Both the position numbers and the translations under genes were made by a program. Positions 12,483 through 26,300 of a DNA stretch of 64,000 nt are shown one piece after another. Below the pieces are notes generated by a model. That model made no database searches. It saw only the letters and a list, made by a program, of their open reading frames with translations, and had not been told where the DNA came from. Numbering within the stretch: the first letter of the stretch is position 1; every line of letters begins with the position of its first letter. Source of the DNA: Octopus sinensis (taxonomy: Eukaryota); the NCBI RefSeq assembly GCF_006345805.1, contig NC_042997.1, positions 121,768,001 to 121,832,000 on the forward strand, written 5' to 3'.

Positions 12483-15338
12483 AATATGATGGTTCTCTTA
12501 TTACTTCCATATAATTAATTAAATATATTGGGTTTTAAAGCTAAAATTCGTTTTTTTTAAGGATATTTTTTTCTAATATTTCAGTTCTTTTTTTGTTTCA
12601 ATTATACGAAGAAATTTGGCAAAACCTTCCACTCACAAATTACAAATAGATAAGTCATATTTTAATATGAACTTATTTTATACAAACTAAACATTTAAAA
12701 AAATTATTTGTTGCCTTTAATTAAAAATATGCTAGAAATAATTGTATTTCATAGAAATGCTGACGCAAGTATGAAAGCTGTTTAACTGAAGAATGTCTCA
12801 TCGCAAAACTTTAATTAATGAAATGAAATATTAGTTTTAGACATTCAACACGTGTAGTTTTCCAATATCCACTTTAATGACATATTATTGGGTCATATGT
12901 CATTTATATTTAAACATCATTCATGTGAAGATCTGACCTTTGATATTTATTATTCTTTTTTAAGTAGATTTCATTTCTTATAATCAATAACGATTTTGGT
13001 AATAGATTTGGTACAAGCACGAAACATTACTACTGCATTCTCATTTCTCTATAACGTCATACATTTATGATGCCAGATAGCATTGTATGACATTGATCCA
13101 TCATACAAGATGCAGACAACATAAGTTAAATTAGTTTATTCAATGGAAAATTTCAGTAGCACCGTGAACTTATCTTTTAACAGTAACAAGATCTGAACTA
13201 AAATATATTTTCTTCCACAAATGCCAGATGAATAGTTGTAATGCGAAGGTCTAATACACTGAATTGATCTTTCTACACGAAGATTACATATTCTATTCAT
13301 CTTAGTTATAAAAATCATTACCAATGAGATTTAAATTCCGACTGTAGATTAAAGCGCTTTTCAACCCTAAAATCATTGAACAAGTCAGTACCCATCATTA
13401 TTACATTTTAATGTCTGAACCAAATACAAGATATGAAAGCAATTTTAAATATTGGTATATTATGCCTTACAATATAACCCATTCTATCTAATAAGCTGCT
13501 GTTGAGCTCAAGGGAAGCTTGGATGAAATAAATCTATGATCAACAGATTTCAGCCGTGACCATATCGTTTGTCTAATCAGGAGCTACGCTGAGCAGTGTC
13601 CTTCCTTATACAATATTTTGGGCCATGTAGTTATTATTTCTCTCTACCGAGAGATAGTATAGATGCTCGCTTGTTGGCTTGTACAGTCAGTATCGCACAG
13701 AATTAGAATCTCGATGAATTTCTGAATATAGCATTTCTAAAAAGCAAAATTAATGAAAATTGAATCACTTGTCACTGAAAGTTTATTCAATCAGGAGAAT
13801 ATTAATAGTAATCAATTAATAGATTTTATGTTATTTTGGATATCTGGAGCGCAATCATAGAATCATTTCCATTTCTATTGAATTCCTAATTTCTGACGCG
13901 CCTCGTCGAATTCTGAACATTTCAATTAAAAAAAAATGTATGCGTATCCAGATACTTTCTTTACATTTTAAAAATAGAAAATAAATCAAATAAAGGATGA
14001 ACATATAAATTAGAAATAAATGGCAGTTTCATTAATGTAAGATCTACTCTAGCTATCGAGGGAGTCTCTGTATTTGTCGGAAAACACATCTGCAAGAAAA
14101 ACACAGCCAAATCTACCTGACATCTGAATTAATGTTTTTAAATAAGAAATATACTCTGAATAACAACAAAACTATTTGTTTATGACTCGGTCAGGATCTA
14201 AGCAAGAACAAAAAACTTGCAAGATTTGGGTTGCAATAATGAATTTCTAACTGCAAGTGGTGTGCCATAATGCCGGGATTTGAACTTGTGCAAAACTATA
14301 GAGAAGTAGATAATAATTTATATGAGTAAATTAAAGAATGCTTCATAAACAAAGTAGTAATTTATAGCTAAAGCATTTCAAGTTCACCTAAATGTTAAAA
14401 CGAGAATTAACTAAGAAATAATACAAGTATAAAAGTAATTTCATTTGTTTGCAATATATAAAGGCAGGTTATTTGATATATATATATATATATATATATA
14501 TTAAATCTCTGGAACTGATATCTTGATACGACTTTAATAAAATACTCTAAGATATACGAACGACAATAATCTTCTTAAAGTTAGACTGAATGGCTGCATA
14601 ATATTCTCGGCAACTGCTAAATATTCGTATATTAAAACTTTCCTCTCCGTTCTGAATAAAGTTTCAATTACCAGTGTGGTATTATTTTCTATGTAACGGT
14701 CTGAGCAATAACATTATTCTATTTCTCGCAAATCAGACGTAGATTTTAATTATGTCTGCACAACATGGGAGATGGGATTTTTATTAAGTTTCCAGGTTGT
14801 GTATATCCGATGTAGATCATCATAGCTTCTAATAAACTAGAACACATTCTTCAAATCCACAATCTGCTTGAAGTAATGAGGTGAAAATAGTGTCCATGCA
14901 AAAAGTTCCATTATACAACCTTAGATAATAATTTTTCTGGGAAGGAAATTACTAAAATCTTTAGAATTTTAAATCTTGAATTTAGTTTCAAATTACTAAA
15001 ATCTTTGAATGATACATGTCCAACACCGTCGAAGAGAGAAAATAATAGAAAACAAAAATATAATTATAGATACTGACTTCAGATCTTGGCACAAGGTCAG
15101 CAAGTTTAGGGAAGGGATAGGTTTGGAGGAGGGGATAGGTTGCGCAGCTAGTACTTTTTTTCATCGACCCGAAAGAATGAAGGGAAAAGTCGGATTCGGT
15201 GGAATTTGACCACAGAACGTACAGACGGACAAAATGCAGTTAAGCATTTTGCTCGGCATGCTAACGATTCTGCTAACACGCCACCCCAACAAAAACACAT
15301 CTAAAGATATTAAATCGAAATTATGTAATTTTTATTAC

Positions 15339-15489
15339 CTGGGGCATTCATCGCTGCCTTGCTGCATCAAAGCACCCAACGAAAACCAAATAGAGTTTGA
15401 GATGGAAAAGTCATTTACCATCTGTTCTCCATTGATTGTCGTATCTTTATGCCATTCACACTGACTGAAGCGACTCACCAGCCATAATC
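15339..15489 (-). CDS. GRIA: AMPA-type iGluR exon (M1 end, M2 pore loop with Q/R site)
   Basis: tttttcag|GA TTA...CCC AG|gtaata; 151 nt, phase 1/2; [49 protein letters not shown](R). Missed by the ORF track. Confidence 0.96.
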
Positions 15490-15859
15490 CTGAAAAAGAA
15501 CAATTGTTTTAATGTGATGTTGATTCTAACACAGGAACAAAGCGAGAAATTATATTAGTGACAAAGTAAGGAAGACAAAGTTAGCGTCGGTGATATTTTA
15601 TCTCCGAATGTAATAAGCCGGAAGAAATACATTTACTAAAACAGGCTCGATTGCGCACATGTGTGTTCGTAAACATACATATATGTATATACTTCTGTAT
15701 ATTATAAATACAAGCATGTATTTAAATACGCATGCACATACATATATAAACACCCTTATACGCCTATATTTGCTCAAATACATACATGGACTCACATATA
15801 TTTTCTACATGTGTCAGTGTACGTATCTGTACGGGATGTACGCGCAATCATAAATATAT

Positions 15860-16090
15860 ATTTCTTTACTACCCACAAGTGGCTAAACACAGAGGGGACG
15901 AACGAGGACAGACAAAAGGATTAAGTCGATTATATCGACCCCAGTGCGTAACTGGTACTTAATTTATCGACCCCGAAAGGATGAAAGGCAAAGTCGACCT
16001 CGGCGGAATTTGAACACAGGACGCAGCGGCGGACGAAGTACCGCAAAGCATTTCGCCCGGCGTGCTAACGTTTCTGCCAACTCGCTGCCT
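15860..16090 (-). mobile_element. SINE family B (MetaSINE-like core) with 18-bp target-site duplication
   Basis: Core ccgaggtcgactttgcctttcatcctttcggggtcgataaattaagtaccag; TSD gcgcaatcataaatatat at 15842-15859 and 16091-16108. Confidence 0.88.
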
Positions 16091-16157
16091 GCGCAATCAT
16101 AAATATATGAAGATATATATATTCGTGAGTGTTGAAACATCGAGTGATGGAGAATTA

Positions 16158-16496
<339 letters not shown>

Positions 16497-16863
16497 TCAG
16501 TGATTTAACCATCCAGAATAACGAATTTATTACAAGCCTTTATTATTAGTAGTATTATTATTTATAAATACTAACGGTTTTGAGACAGAGATAATGATCT
16601 GGAAAAGAAATTTAACCGACTATACTCATAAAAAAAACATTCAGCAAATGTTTCAATGTAAAAGCGTGAATAACCAAAGCAAAATGTTTTTAAATTATAC
16701 CATAAAATATTTGTAACTTAGAAAACGCATAAATACACACATACATACATATCATTATATGATATATATAATAGATATCTATATATAAATATAATATTAT
16801 ATATATATAATATTTAATATAAAAATAAATTATATAATATTTAAATATATATATATATATAAA

Positions 16864-16963
16864 NNNNNNNNNNNNNNNNNNNNNNNNNNNNNNNNNNNNN
16901 NNNNNNNNNNNNNNNNNNNNNNNNNNNNNNNNNNNNNNNNNNNNNNNNNNNNNNNNNNNNNNN
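16864..16963. other. Assembly gap (100 N)
   Basis: N run; the flanking receptor exons join in frame (GELTRR|EAHIAIAPL), so no constitutive coding exon is missing in the gap. Confidence 0.99.
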
Positions 16964-17704
16964 CATAAAGCATTATGTCCCTGCTCAACCGCACGAATGC
17001 CCTATTCATCGAGCAAGTTCTACTCAGACCATCTAAGGCGAATAACATTTTGGCTCTCTGCTTCACAAACAATATGGACATCGTTCATGATGTGAAAGTG
17101 ACGCCGACATTAGTTTCGGATCACAAAATAATAGAGCTGTCTGGACCAAAAGTAGAGAGAGACATACAGCCTAAAAGAAGCACTCAACATCTCTCCAATT
17201 TGAACTTCCACCAAGCATAATAGAAATCGGTCCAAAAAGGGATCTTCAAACAGAACTGGCCGAAATGTCTCGCGACATCAGACATTGGCATGAAACTAGA
17301 ATATTTCATGACTGTCATGCAAACCATATATCCCAGAGCACAAGGCCAACACAAAAGGGAACAGAATTCCAAGGGAGAGAAGATCACCAAGTGACGACGG
17401 ATGAAGGTTTTAAATCGCTTCAACCAACATTCCAAAAGTGGTGAAAGGCCCCACCTAAAAACAGCACTGAGATTGAAAAAAGCATGCAATAATCGTATGT
17501 GAGGGAGGGAGAGGACAAAGAATCATGAGTTATAAAAAAAAAACATTAAGTCAAATTCAAAGGCCTGCTTTCATTATGCCAACAAAAAAAGCCTGTGATT
17601 GCTGCAAAATAGGACCTCTCTTCCGAAAGGATGGCTCCCTCACAGATAGTACAACCAAGATCAGTGAGGGACTGAATGACCATTTCAAAATTGTTTCACC
17701 ACCC
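16964..17704 (+). mobile_element. CR1-like LINE fragment, same family as 9021-10510
   Basis: Endonuclease-end motif NILALCFTNN...SDHKII; shares aaaataggacc...aaggatggctc...ctcacaga with ~9255-9290; abuts the mariner. Confidence 0.8.
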
Positions 17705-17718
17705 TATATATATATATA

Positions 17719-19005
17719 TCAGGTCATCCCGTAAGTTCTGTCCGAATTTTGAATAAAGAAAACAAGTGATCAATTGTTATAATTAACTGAAATTTAATCC
17801 TCAATGTACTTTCCCTGATTATCTATGACTTCCTTCCATCTATTTACAATTTTTTAATCCCATCAATGTACAACTCTTTTGGTTTCAAAGCCAAGAACTC
17901 TGAAATGTCAGTTTCGACCTCCTCTCGGCTTGCGGAAGTTATGTCCCCCAAATAATTCTGTAAACTACGAAACAAATGGTAGTCTGAAGGAGCAAGATCG
18001 GGAGAATAAGGTGGATGAGGAATTTTTTCCAACCAATCTCTTTGATCTTCTGTGATGTGATCTTTGCAGTATGGTGTCACGCATTGTCCTGATGAAACAT
18101 CACGCCTTTTCGATTCACTAAAGTGGGTCGTTTTTCTTCAAAGCTTGGTTCAAACGCTCTAATTGCTGACAGTAGACTTGAGCATTGATTCTTGCATTAG
18201 GCTTTAACAATTCAAAGTCAATTATTCCATTGCAATCCCACCAGATAGAGAGAAGAACATTTTTTTCCATGAAGTTCCCTTCTCGGTTGTGTATGAGTTT
18301 TTCCCCTTTACCAAGACACTGTTTACAACGTTTAACATTTCGATAGAAGATCCATTTTTCATCACCAGTCACGCGTCTATCAAAAAAGGGTGAAATGATT
18401 TCGCGAGAATGGAGAGAAGAGCAGACGTCAACTCCGCATTTGTGGTTGCTTTCGGATAGTTCATGAAGCACCGATTTTCCAAGTTTAGGAACCTTTCCAA
18501 GTTGGTGAAGATGACGATAAACTGTTGTATGGTTTGAACTAAGGTTTATTGCCAATTCTTCAACTGACAATGCATGAGTTTTTTCAAGTAAGGCCTCAAG
18601 GGGCTTATATTCAAACTCAACTGGACGTCCTGTTCAATCTTCAGCTTCAAGGCTGAAGTCTCCACTTGTGAATTTTGCAAACCATCTTCTGCAAGTTCTT
18701 TCATTCAAGCATTCCTGCCCATAAACTGGGTGTGTGTTTCGAGCCGCTTCGGCTGCAAAATTTCCTTGTTTGTACTCATAAACATTATGTGCTTCAAATG
18801 CTCTTTGGATACTTCCATGTTAGAAAGGGTTTTAATTAAAGAAATTTTAATTCTATTATTCTGTAAAATATTATATAATTAGTTTAAATGTACACAAATG
18901 CATAAAATAATTCTTTAACTCCATTAGACATTCTAAATTGATACTATTAAATTTCATTCAATTTTAAAAAAGGTAAAGTCGGACAGAACTTATGGGATGA
19001 CCTGA
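17719..19005 (-). mobile_element. Full-length mariner (Tc1/mariner, DD34D) DNA transposon, 1287 bp
   Basis: 27-bp TIRs: tcaggtcatcccgtaagttctgtccga (17719-17745) and tcggacagaacttatgggatgacctga (18979-19005), 1 mismatch, each flanked by TA. Confidence 0.95.
17794..18818 (-). pseudogene. Frameshifted mariner transposase
   Basis: MEVSKEHLKHIM...RRWFAKF..GDFSLE; VTGDEKWIFY; HPPYSPDLAPSDYHLF; ends RWKEVIDNQGKYIED*. Several frameshifts and stops. Confidence 0.93.
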
Positions 19006-19477
19006 TATATATATATGTGTTACTTCTTTCACTCATGTGACAAAGATTATTTGAATCATCGCCATATGGTGTTTACTCGAACAAATTGTACTAATGGTTT
19101 CTAAGAGTGGTACATATTCTGTCAACTCTTTTGCCAAACAACCAAGGAACTAAAGTTACTGGGTCATAAACTAACCCTCCTCGTTTTTCGAGGGTTTGAG
19201 AACAGCTGTAAACATACACACACACATAACAATCTGTCGCACAGTTTCCATCTCCGAAATTCGCAAGATATTGGTCAACCAGGGTCTATAATAGTAGAGA
19301 CTATTTCAATGTCTAGCAGACTGGGATTGAACCCCAAACCACATAGCTGTGAAGCAAGCCTTTTGTCTTACAGGTATGCGTATGAGAAAGAAAACAAATC
19401 CAAAATCCTTTAAGCTACACATAAGAAACTCTTGGAATATTGAGATGCTTTTGCAATAGTAAACTAACTTCACTTAC

Positions 19478-19617
19478 CCTGCGTGTGAGCTCACCAATCA
19501 TTCCGTCCCAAGTTCCGTTCTTAAGCTTTTGGCCGTAGTTGCCATCTTTCACAATACGAAATATATAATCTCTATGAATGATTCTCTTTAAATGCTCTGC
19601 CAGTTCCACACAGTATC
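19478..19617 (-). CDS. GRIA: AMPA-type iGluR exon (S1)
   Basis: ttttcag|GA TAC...AGG|gtaagt; 140 nt, phase 1/0; (G)YCVELAEHLKRIIHRDYIFRIVKDGNYGQKLKNGTWDGMIGELTRR. Confidence 0.96.
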
Positions 19618-22600
19618 CTGAAAATTAAAATGAACGTATCTATAAATTCACTAAAATTCTTACTCATTGTTTATGTTATTTTACATGAAAATTGCATCAT
19701 ACGATTGCAAGACAAACTAATGCATAATTTTGTTTCTGTCTACAAAGATAATAAAAATCGGTGTTTACTCCTGTTTTTTTATCCAAAATTATGGCTACTC
19801 CCAATGTATGTTTTGTCTCTTCATTTTTTGTGCTCGTATAATTTGCTCTCCCCTGCACCTACCAAGTCGACTGTACCTCGGCCTTTTTTCCCCATTAGCC
19901 AACCTACCACTTCGATCTCGTTATTTTCTCTTTCACCTCACCTCAGCTCTACCCCTTCGCCGTAGGATCTTACCAGTCCACTTGTGCTAATCTCCACCTC
20001 TTCCCCAAGGATCACTTCTCCAACCTCAATGATCCACAACCAATGCAATGTACTGGTACATAGGTCCTTTTTCTTCCTTCGTACCCCACCTGGTTCACTC
20101 TTTTTTAACCCAGTCTTTTGAAACAAATCAACATTTATTTTTATTACCTAATCATATAGACATCTCGATCATATCAAATTCAGAATTTGTAATTGGACAT
20201 TCCCCATGTTCATATGCGTGAGGAGGTTTACTGATAAGTAACTAAAAATGTAATACTATAGATACTAATGTTCTATTCGTTTAAGTATATAGTGATAGAC
20301 CCAGCTACAATTCCAATGAAAGTTGACTGCGGTTCTTAACATACAATGCAGTTTTATTTAATAACTTTTACTGAAGAACGACGACTATGAAATGTCCATA
20401 TCTACACTGTGAGAGATGCTCACTTGTACTATATAAACCATTTATAGAATTCTAAATTGCGTATAAATAAGTATTTTGTTAAAATACTGTAGCGTTGTGC
20501 AGTCACTGGATATTGAAAGTACATAACTCGACCAAAAGTTAAAGTTCATTGTCTCTTAGACTATTTTTCGTTACGCTATACTGACAAATTTTCTACCGGT
20601 AGGTTTTCAACCACTGAACTCGCATTCAGTTGAAAATACATTAGTATTTAGATTGACACTTCACACTATTCTCGGAATAATCCATTAAATGAAGTTTTAT
20701 ATTGTCATAGCAATTAGATGAATTTTATGCCATAAACTACAATTTCTATTGAAATGTCAGCTACGAACAATGTAGTTACTTTTTCCGTGTTTCTATATTT
20801 TCTGCGAGTAATTTAGATTTTATTTCCTCTTCTATGATTCCAACGGTTATTATTTACCAGGCGTAGAAAGGAGAACAATAGAAGTGTTCAGATTATATCA
20901 ATATCGAGTAAAAAAAAATCACCCTGTGATAGAGTTGCAAATCAGAGAATCGCTGGCAGTTTCAAAGGAATATAGACAGCGTCAATGAATACTCGACATA
21001 ACCTAAAGATTCCTTTACAAAGAACAGCGGAAGCAAATCTTGGCAGTCATAGACTGTAGGCAGAATAATCACATTCCTATACTATTTCAATAGGTTTAAA
21101 TATTTTATATTTTATTGATTTGCTGCTTAGGTGCCATGAAAATATATAAACAGTAGCTGGCAATGTTAATATCCATTAATCATAATAGATAAATATTAAG
21201 TAAAAAAAAATATATATATTTAGCAAATAACAATTTATAGTTTTTATTTATTTTTTTTTTTTTGCTTAATCCATAAGTATTGAGAAAAAAGATGAGACAA
21301 ACGTTATTATTATTTTTCTTCTTTACAGACACTTTGGAAATTAGGTAATTTAAGTGGTATAGAAATTTAATGGCTTTCTTTTATGTTCAAAGAAAAACAT
21401 ACTCTTTTAGTATAAGAAAAATGGCAATAATTACGCATTTACGTCCTGAACACTTTTTGGGTATTTCATAAATGTTTGTATTTTTTTGCAATAACTTCAG
21501 ATACACGTGTAATTATACACCAATAAACACACATATATTTACATAATCACCACACAGAAGAGGATAGTACAAACGTTACGATTTTGCCTTACATCTGTAA
21601 CCATAAGTAAATTTCTTCTATAATGTTCGTTCATAAAAATATCTAAAGCTAATTAGACGAATTAATAGAGTAAACTATAATATTAATCAATAAAGCGCGT
21701 GATAATTATAAATTATATGAATCATTAAAAGATTTCCGACATAAAACGAGTGGCAGAGATAGATTTAATTTAGATATAAAAATAAAACAAAATTGCCCAT
21801 CGTTTGATGCAGAGAGACCGTTTAGAATTTAAACATGCTAAGTAACCATATGATTCCGTTAGCTTTCCGAAATTCTTACTGCACTAGAATTTACAGAGCA
21901 ATAACCCACGTTCGCGTGTGTGTTTGCGCTTATCTTTGAGACACTGTTCGTGAATGACTGTCTTGAAAATATCAAGTTACGTCCTGTTAATTGATTTTTA
22001 TATGATTTATATATTTTCCTCTATATAATATTCTTTCGGGTATTGATCGATAATTAACAAATCTCAACATTATAGAAGCTCATCTATTGATTTAATATAA
22101 TTATTTAAGTGTTTATACTTCAGCCTACTAGGGCTTACATTTTATTACTTTTCCTATATAAAATCACAGTCAATATGCATAAAATGTATGTTCTGTAACT
22201 ATAGGGTATTTATATGCAGTCATTAAGACTAACAATACAGGTATTGTTACTATACAACATATTTCATTTCATTTATAATTATCTGGTGCAATAATGCAAT
22301 CGTTATTGCTCTAATTCTTTGGACGTATTTGACCGCGACATTTTAAACTCAAAATCTATATTTGTTTATATTCTCAAAATTTCTATATCGGTTGCGTATA
22401 TTATAACAACATTGTCCAGAAAATATATCTGCAAAGAATGTTTCTCTCCTGTAAAAGGAATATTTCATTCCTGGTCTGTCAATGCAACTGCTATGGATAG
22501 TTTCCGTTTGGTTTGTTTAAGTCACAAAAGAAGACAGTTGAGTCAGCGATTAATAGATTTTTGTTATACCGATGGATATCGCAGCTAACATACTAGATGA

Positions 22601-23278
22601 ACGCATTTAAAAATATAGGAGGAAGATTTACAATTATTCTATGCATAATACTGTTGAATATATTGGATTGGATTGACCATGTTCAGTCCATTGCAGCATG
22701 AAAGTTTCAGCATCTTCTCTCTACCAGCCACGGTCTGAGGCCATGAATTTGAGTTTGAGATCATACTGGTTTGATGGGCCTACTCTGCCAAACTGGCTCG
22801 ACATAGCTTAGCATAGGGGTGCAGTTTTTATACTCATGCTTGAGAGTAGCTGAATAGATTACAAACAACTCAGTGCTTAACTAGTACTTATTGTATTGAC
22901 CCCGAAGGGATGAAATGCAAAGTTTGAACTCGTAGCGTAAAATCAGACGAAATACTGCGAAGCATTTCACCCTGAATGCTAACTATTCTGTCAACTCGTC
23001 GCCTGTCGAGGATATATTCGGATTAATATCTGCATACATCAGACAAGTTTGATATAACATATTACACGATATACTATTAGAATGCAGCTAAAGTGACAGA
23101 AGAGAGAACAAGATTTACTTAGATATCTTCGACGATCTCATTCATGTTCTGTATTAATGACATTTAATTATCTACCGCACTTTCAGTTGTAAATGTTATT
23201 ACAAGATACGCATATAGTAAAATGTGACAGCATCTTTTAATGCTACAGATTTATTATTCAAACTTTTTAGTATTTAAT

Positions 23279-24071
23279 GGTATTATGTTTAAGTGAAGTC
23301 GCAAGGCTCAGTGGTTAGAGCGGCGAGCTTATGATTGTGAGGTTGTGAGTTCGATTTACGGACTGGGCTGCGTGTTGTGTTCTTGAGCAAGAGATTTTAT
23401 TTCCCGTTGCTCCAGGATCACTCAGCGGTAGAAAGGATTTGCGACATCACTGGTGCCAAGCTGTATCGGCCTTTCCCTTTGCCTTGGATAACATCAGTGG
23501 CGTGGAAAAGAGAAGCTGGTATGCATGGGCAACTATTGGTCTTCCATAAAAACAAACCCAAGTTCTGTTTTTGCCGGTGAGGCGACTTTCAACCCAGACT
23601 TGTATCACCTCGGATGGGAACCTCTTAGGTGCACCCATGGTCATTCGTGACCGACGGAGTTGAGAGAGGTATTATGTTAAGTGAAGTCGCAAGGCTCAGT
23701 GGTTAGAGCGGCGAGCTTATGATTGTGAGGTTGTGAGTTCGATTTACGGACTGGGCTGCGTGTTGTGTTCTTGAGCAAGAGATTTTATTTCCCGTTGCTC
23801 CAGGATCACTCAGCGGTAGAAAGGATTTGCGACATCACTGGTGCCAAGCTGTATCGGCCTTTCCCTTTGCCTTGGATAACATCAGTGGCGTGGAAAAGAG
23901 AAGCTGGTATGCATGGGCACTATTGGTCTTCCATAAAAACAAACCCAAGTTCTGTTTTTGCCGGTGAGGCGACTTTCAACCCAGACTTGTATCACCTCGG
24001 ATGGGAACCTCTTAGGTGCACCCATGGTCATTCGTGACCGACGGAGTTGAGAGAGGTATTATGTTTAAGTG
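23279..24071 (+). repeat. Head-to-tail tandem pair of tRNA-derived SINE family D (~388-bp unit)
   Basis: Two near-identical units; the motif ggtattatgtt(t)aagtg occurs at 23279, 23668 and 24055. Confidence 0.9.
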
Positions 24072-24138
24072 CCTCGACACATTTTTAAATTTTTTTTTAT
24101 TTTTGACATGTTGGAAAAAATATTTGCGCTATACGAAC

Positions 24139-24211
24139 CCTCATACTTGTCGTTCCCAACTAATGGCTTGCCATCCGGTGCTGGCGATTTAAACATCAAG
24201 AATGGCGGGGA
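24139..24211 (-). CDS. GRIA: AMPA-type iGluR exon (start of S1)
   Basis: tttttttcag|TCC...GAG G|gttcgt; 73 nt, phase 0/1; SPPFLMFKSPAPDGKPLVGNDKYE(G) (cf. ESPYVM...GNERYEG). Confidence 0.92.
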
Positions 24212-25743
24212 CTGAAAAAAATTAAAATAAAAGAAAATAAGTAGATGATAATAATATATTTATTACCAGAATCATGCATAGTATTTTAATGGCAAATAAT
24301 GATACATAAATACAGCCAGGCAGTGCTGTAAAGCAAATTCAGTTTGCTTTCTAAAACATTTACTATTATATCAATATACGTCTAAAATGCAAACACTTTC
24401 TATGGACCAATGAGACGATCCGTAATTAAATATGGAAATATAAGAAAGATAAGATATTATCGTGTAATATCCTCTACTGGAGGATAACTTGTAAATAGCT
24501 ACTAGAATGCCAATATCTTCATAGCAATTAGTACAGATAGAGTTTGATATCTATGCATTTCCTAACATAATTCTAAATAAATATTAAAGTCTTGTAGCCA
24601 CACCAGGGATCCTCAACAACAATGACATGCCACACTTCAACGGAACTAGGAAATGCAGGTTATGATTAACGAAAATGTTTCACATATTGCAATAGCCAGT
24701 GATATTGCTTACTTGGATAACAGAGGGAAGTGTGTAGTTTTAATCAAAAATGATTCCTTCTCGATAGCTTCAATTCCCTCAAATATACACAATCATTGAC
24801 GCCGCTGGTTACCTGACTTTTGATGACTGCATACGTAAAGCCGGTAATTTAATCTGAAATCATGGTATGTCAATGTAGCAATATCAATACTCTACTGTGC
24901 AAGATATTTAACCACAAAATCCAACATGGACAATAAGATACTGCCCATTCCTTTCCTGTCAATTCAGAAAATAACGACTTAACATGTACACGTGTGTGAA
25001 ACGCACATGCGCGCATACCTATATATATGCATCACAAACACACACATCTGAATATATGTATACATATATATAATATATATGTGTACGTATATACATATGT
25101 GTGTATATATCTGGTTTATTTTGCTCTCTCTCTCTCTCACTCCTCCTCTCTCTGGCCGCTGACCGGACTACTAAACTTCCCCTCTTCCCGCTGCTTTCAA
25201 CAAGTCAACATCGACTTTCTTCTTGTCTCCAGCAAGTCGATCTTCTGAATTGCGTTCCAACGAATTTTCCACCGTCTAGGCTTAAAAAAAGCCCTTATTG
25301 TTGGTTTCCTTGTTCTGTTTTTATTCTTTATGTGTACTGTATTTTTTCATTTATTTGTATTGCTTTTACGTCCTGTTCTTGTCACATTTTTTTTACCCCT
25401 CTGCAAAAGAATTTTAGTTAATTCATTTTGCAGGAAGGACTGTTTCGGCCGGATCGTGTTCTGCCCTTACCTTCGAAATTGACACGCATTGAGTCGAACC
25501 AGGGGTAGCTGATGAAGGGGAATATTCCTTGTATTGTTTGTCTTGTACTCTGTGTTTTCGTTGTTAAAGAAAGTCCGTTTCCTTCTTTGATTTTATGTTT
25601 TCGTTTCTCGTTGTGTTCTACGTTTATTTGTGGTGTCCTGTACTCATATATATATATATATATATACATGTATATATACATATAGATGTAGGTATGTACA
25701 TATATGTATGTATGTATGCATGTTTTATTTGTTAAATTGTTAT

Positions 25744-25779
<36 letters not shown>

Positions 25780-26300
25780 GTGTTTGGTATGATGCACAGA
25801 AATTAAATATTGAGAATAACACAGGTGTGGTTTTGATCATCATTGAAAGACAATTTGTTTTCTTTCTCTCTTCCCTTTTTTTTCCTTCTTTACCCTCTTT
25901 CTTTTTATCCTTGGATTTATATTTAGAATACGAAACGTACTGTCTCCCCTTCCAAACATTCAGTTTTGGAGGGAATTTTTTGATGAAATGTAGTTCAGCA
26001 TGGAAAACATTAGTATAATATTTGCAAATAAACAATTTGAAAAATCAGTCAATAAGTAAAATAAAATGAATATATATATATATATAGTTGAAAAAATTTC
26101 TTTATAGGTATGAATATAACATAAACAAGTATTAGAAAATGGAGAAAAATAATGTTGAATCAAAATTAGATTTAATACAAAATTGGATTCAATACATACG
26201 CACATTTCGCAATACATACGCACAATACAAACATGTAAGAAAAAATTATAATCATAGTAATTATAATTAAATTTATGCATTGTCATTCTCGTCAGTATGA

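Noticed and set aside
24700-24860. Exon-like segments with AG/GT signals
   Set aside because: No iGluR similarity and phases do not fit; the real exon is 24139-24211.
25509-25535. CTGATGA motifs here and at ~6956, ~32029, ~60855(-)
   Set aside because: No correctly placed GAAA box or stems, so not called hammerheads.
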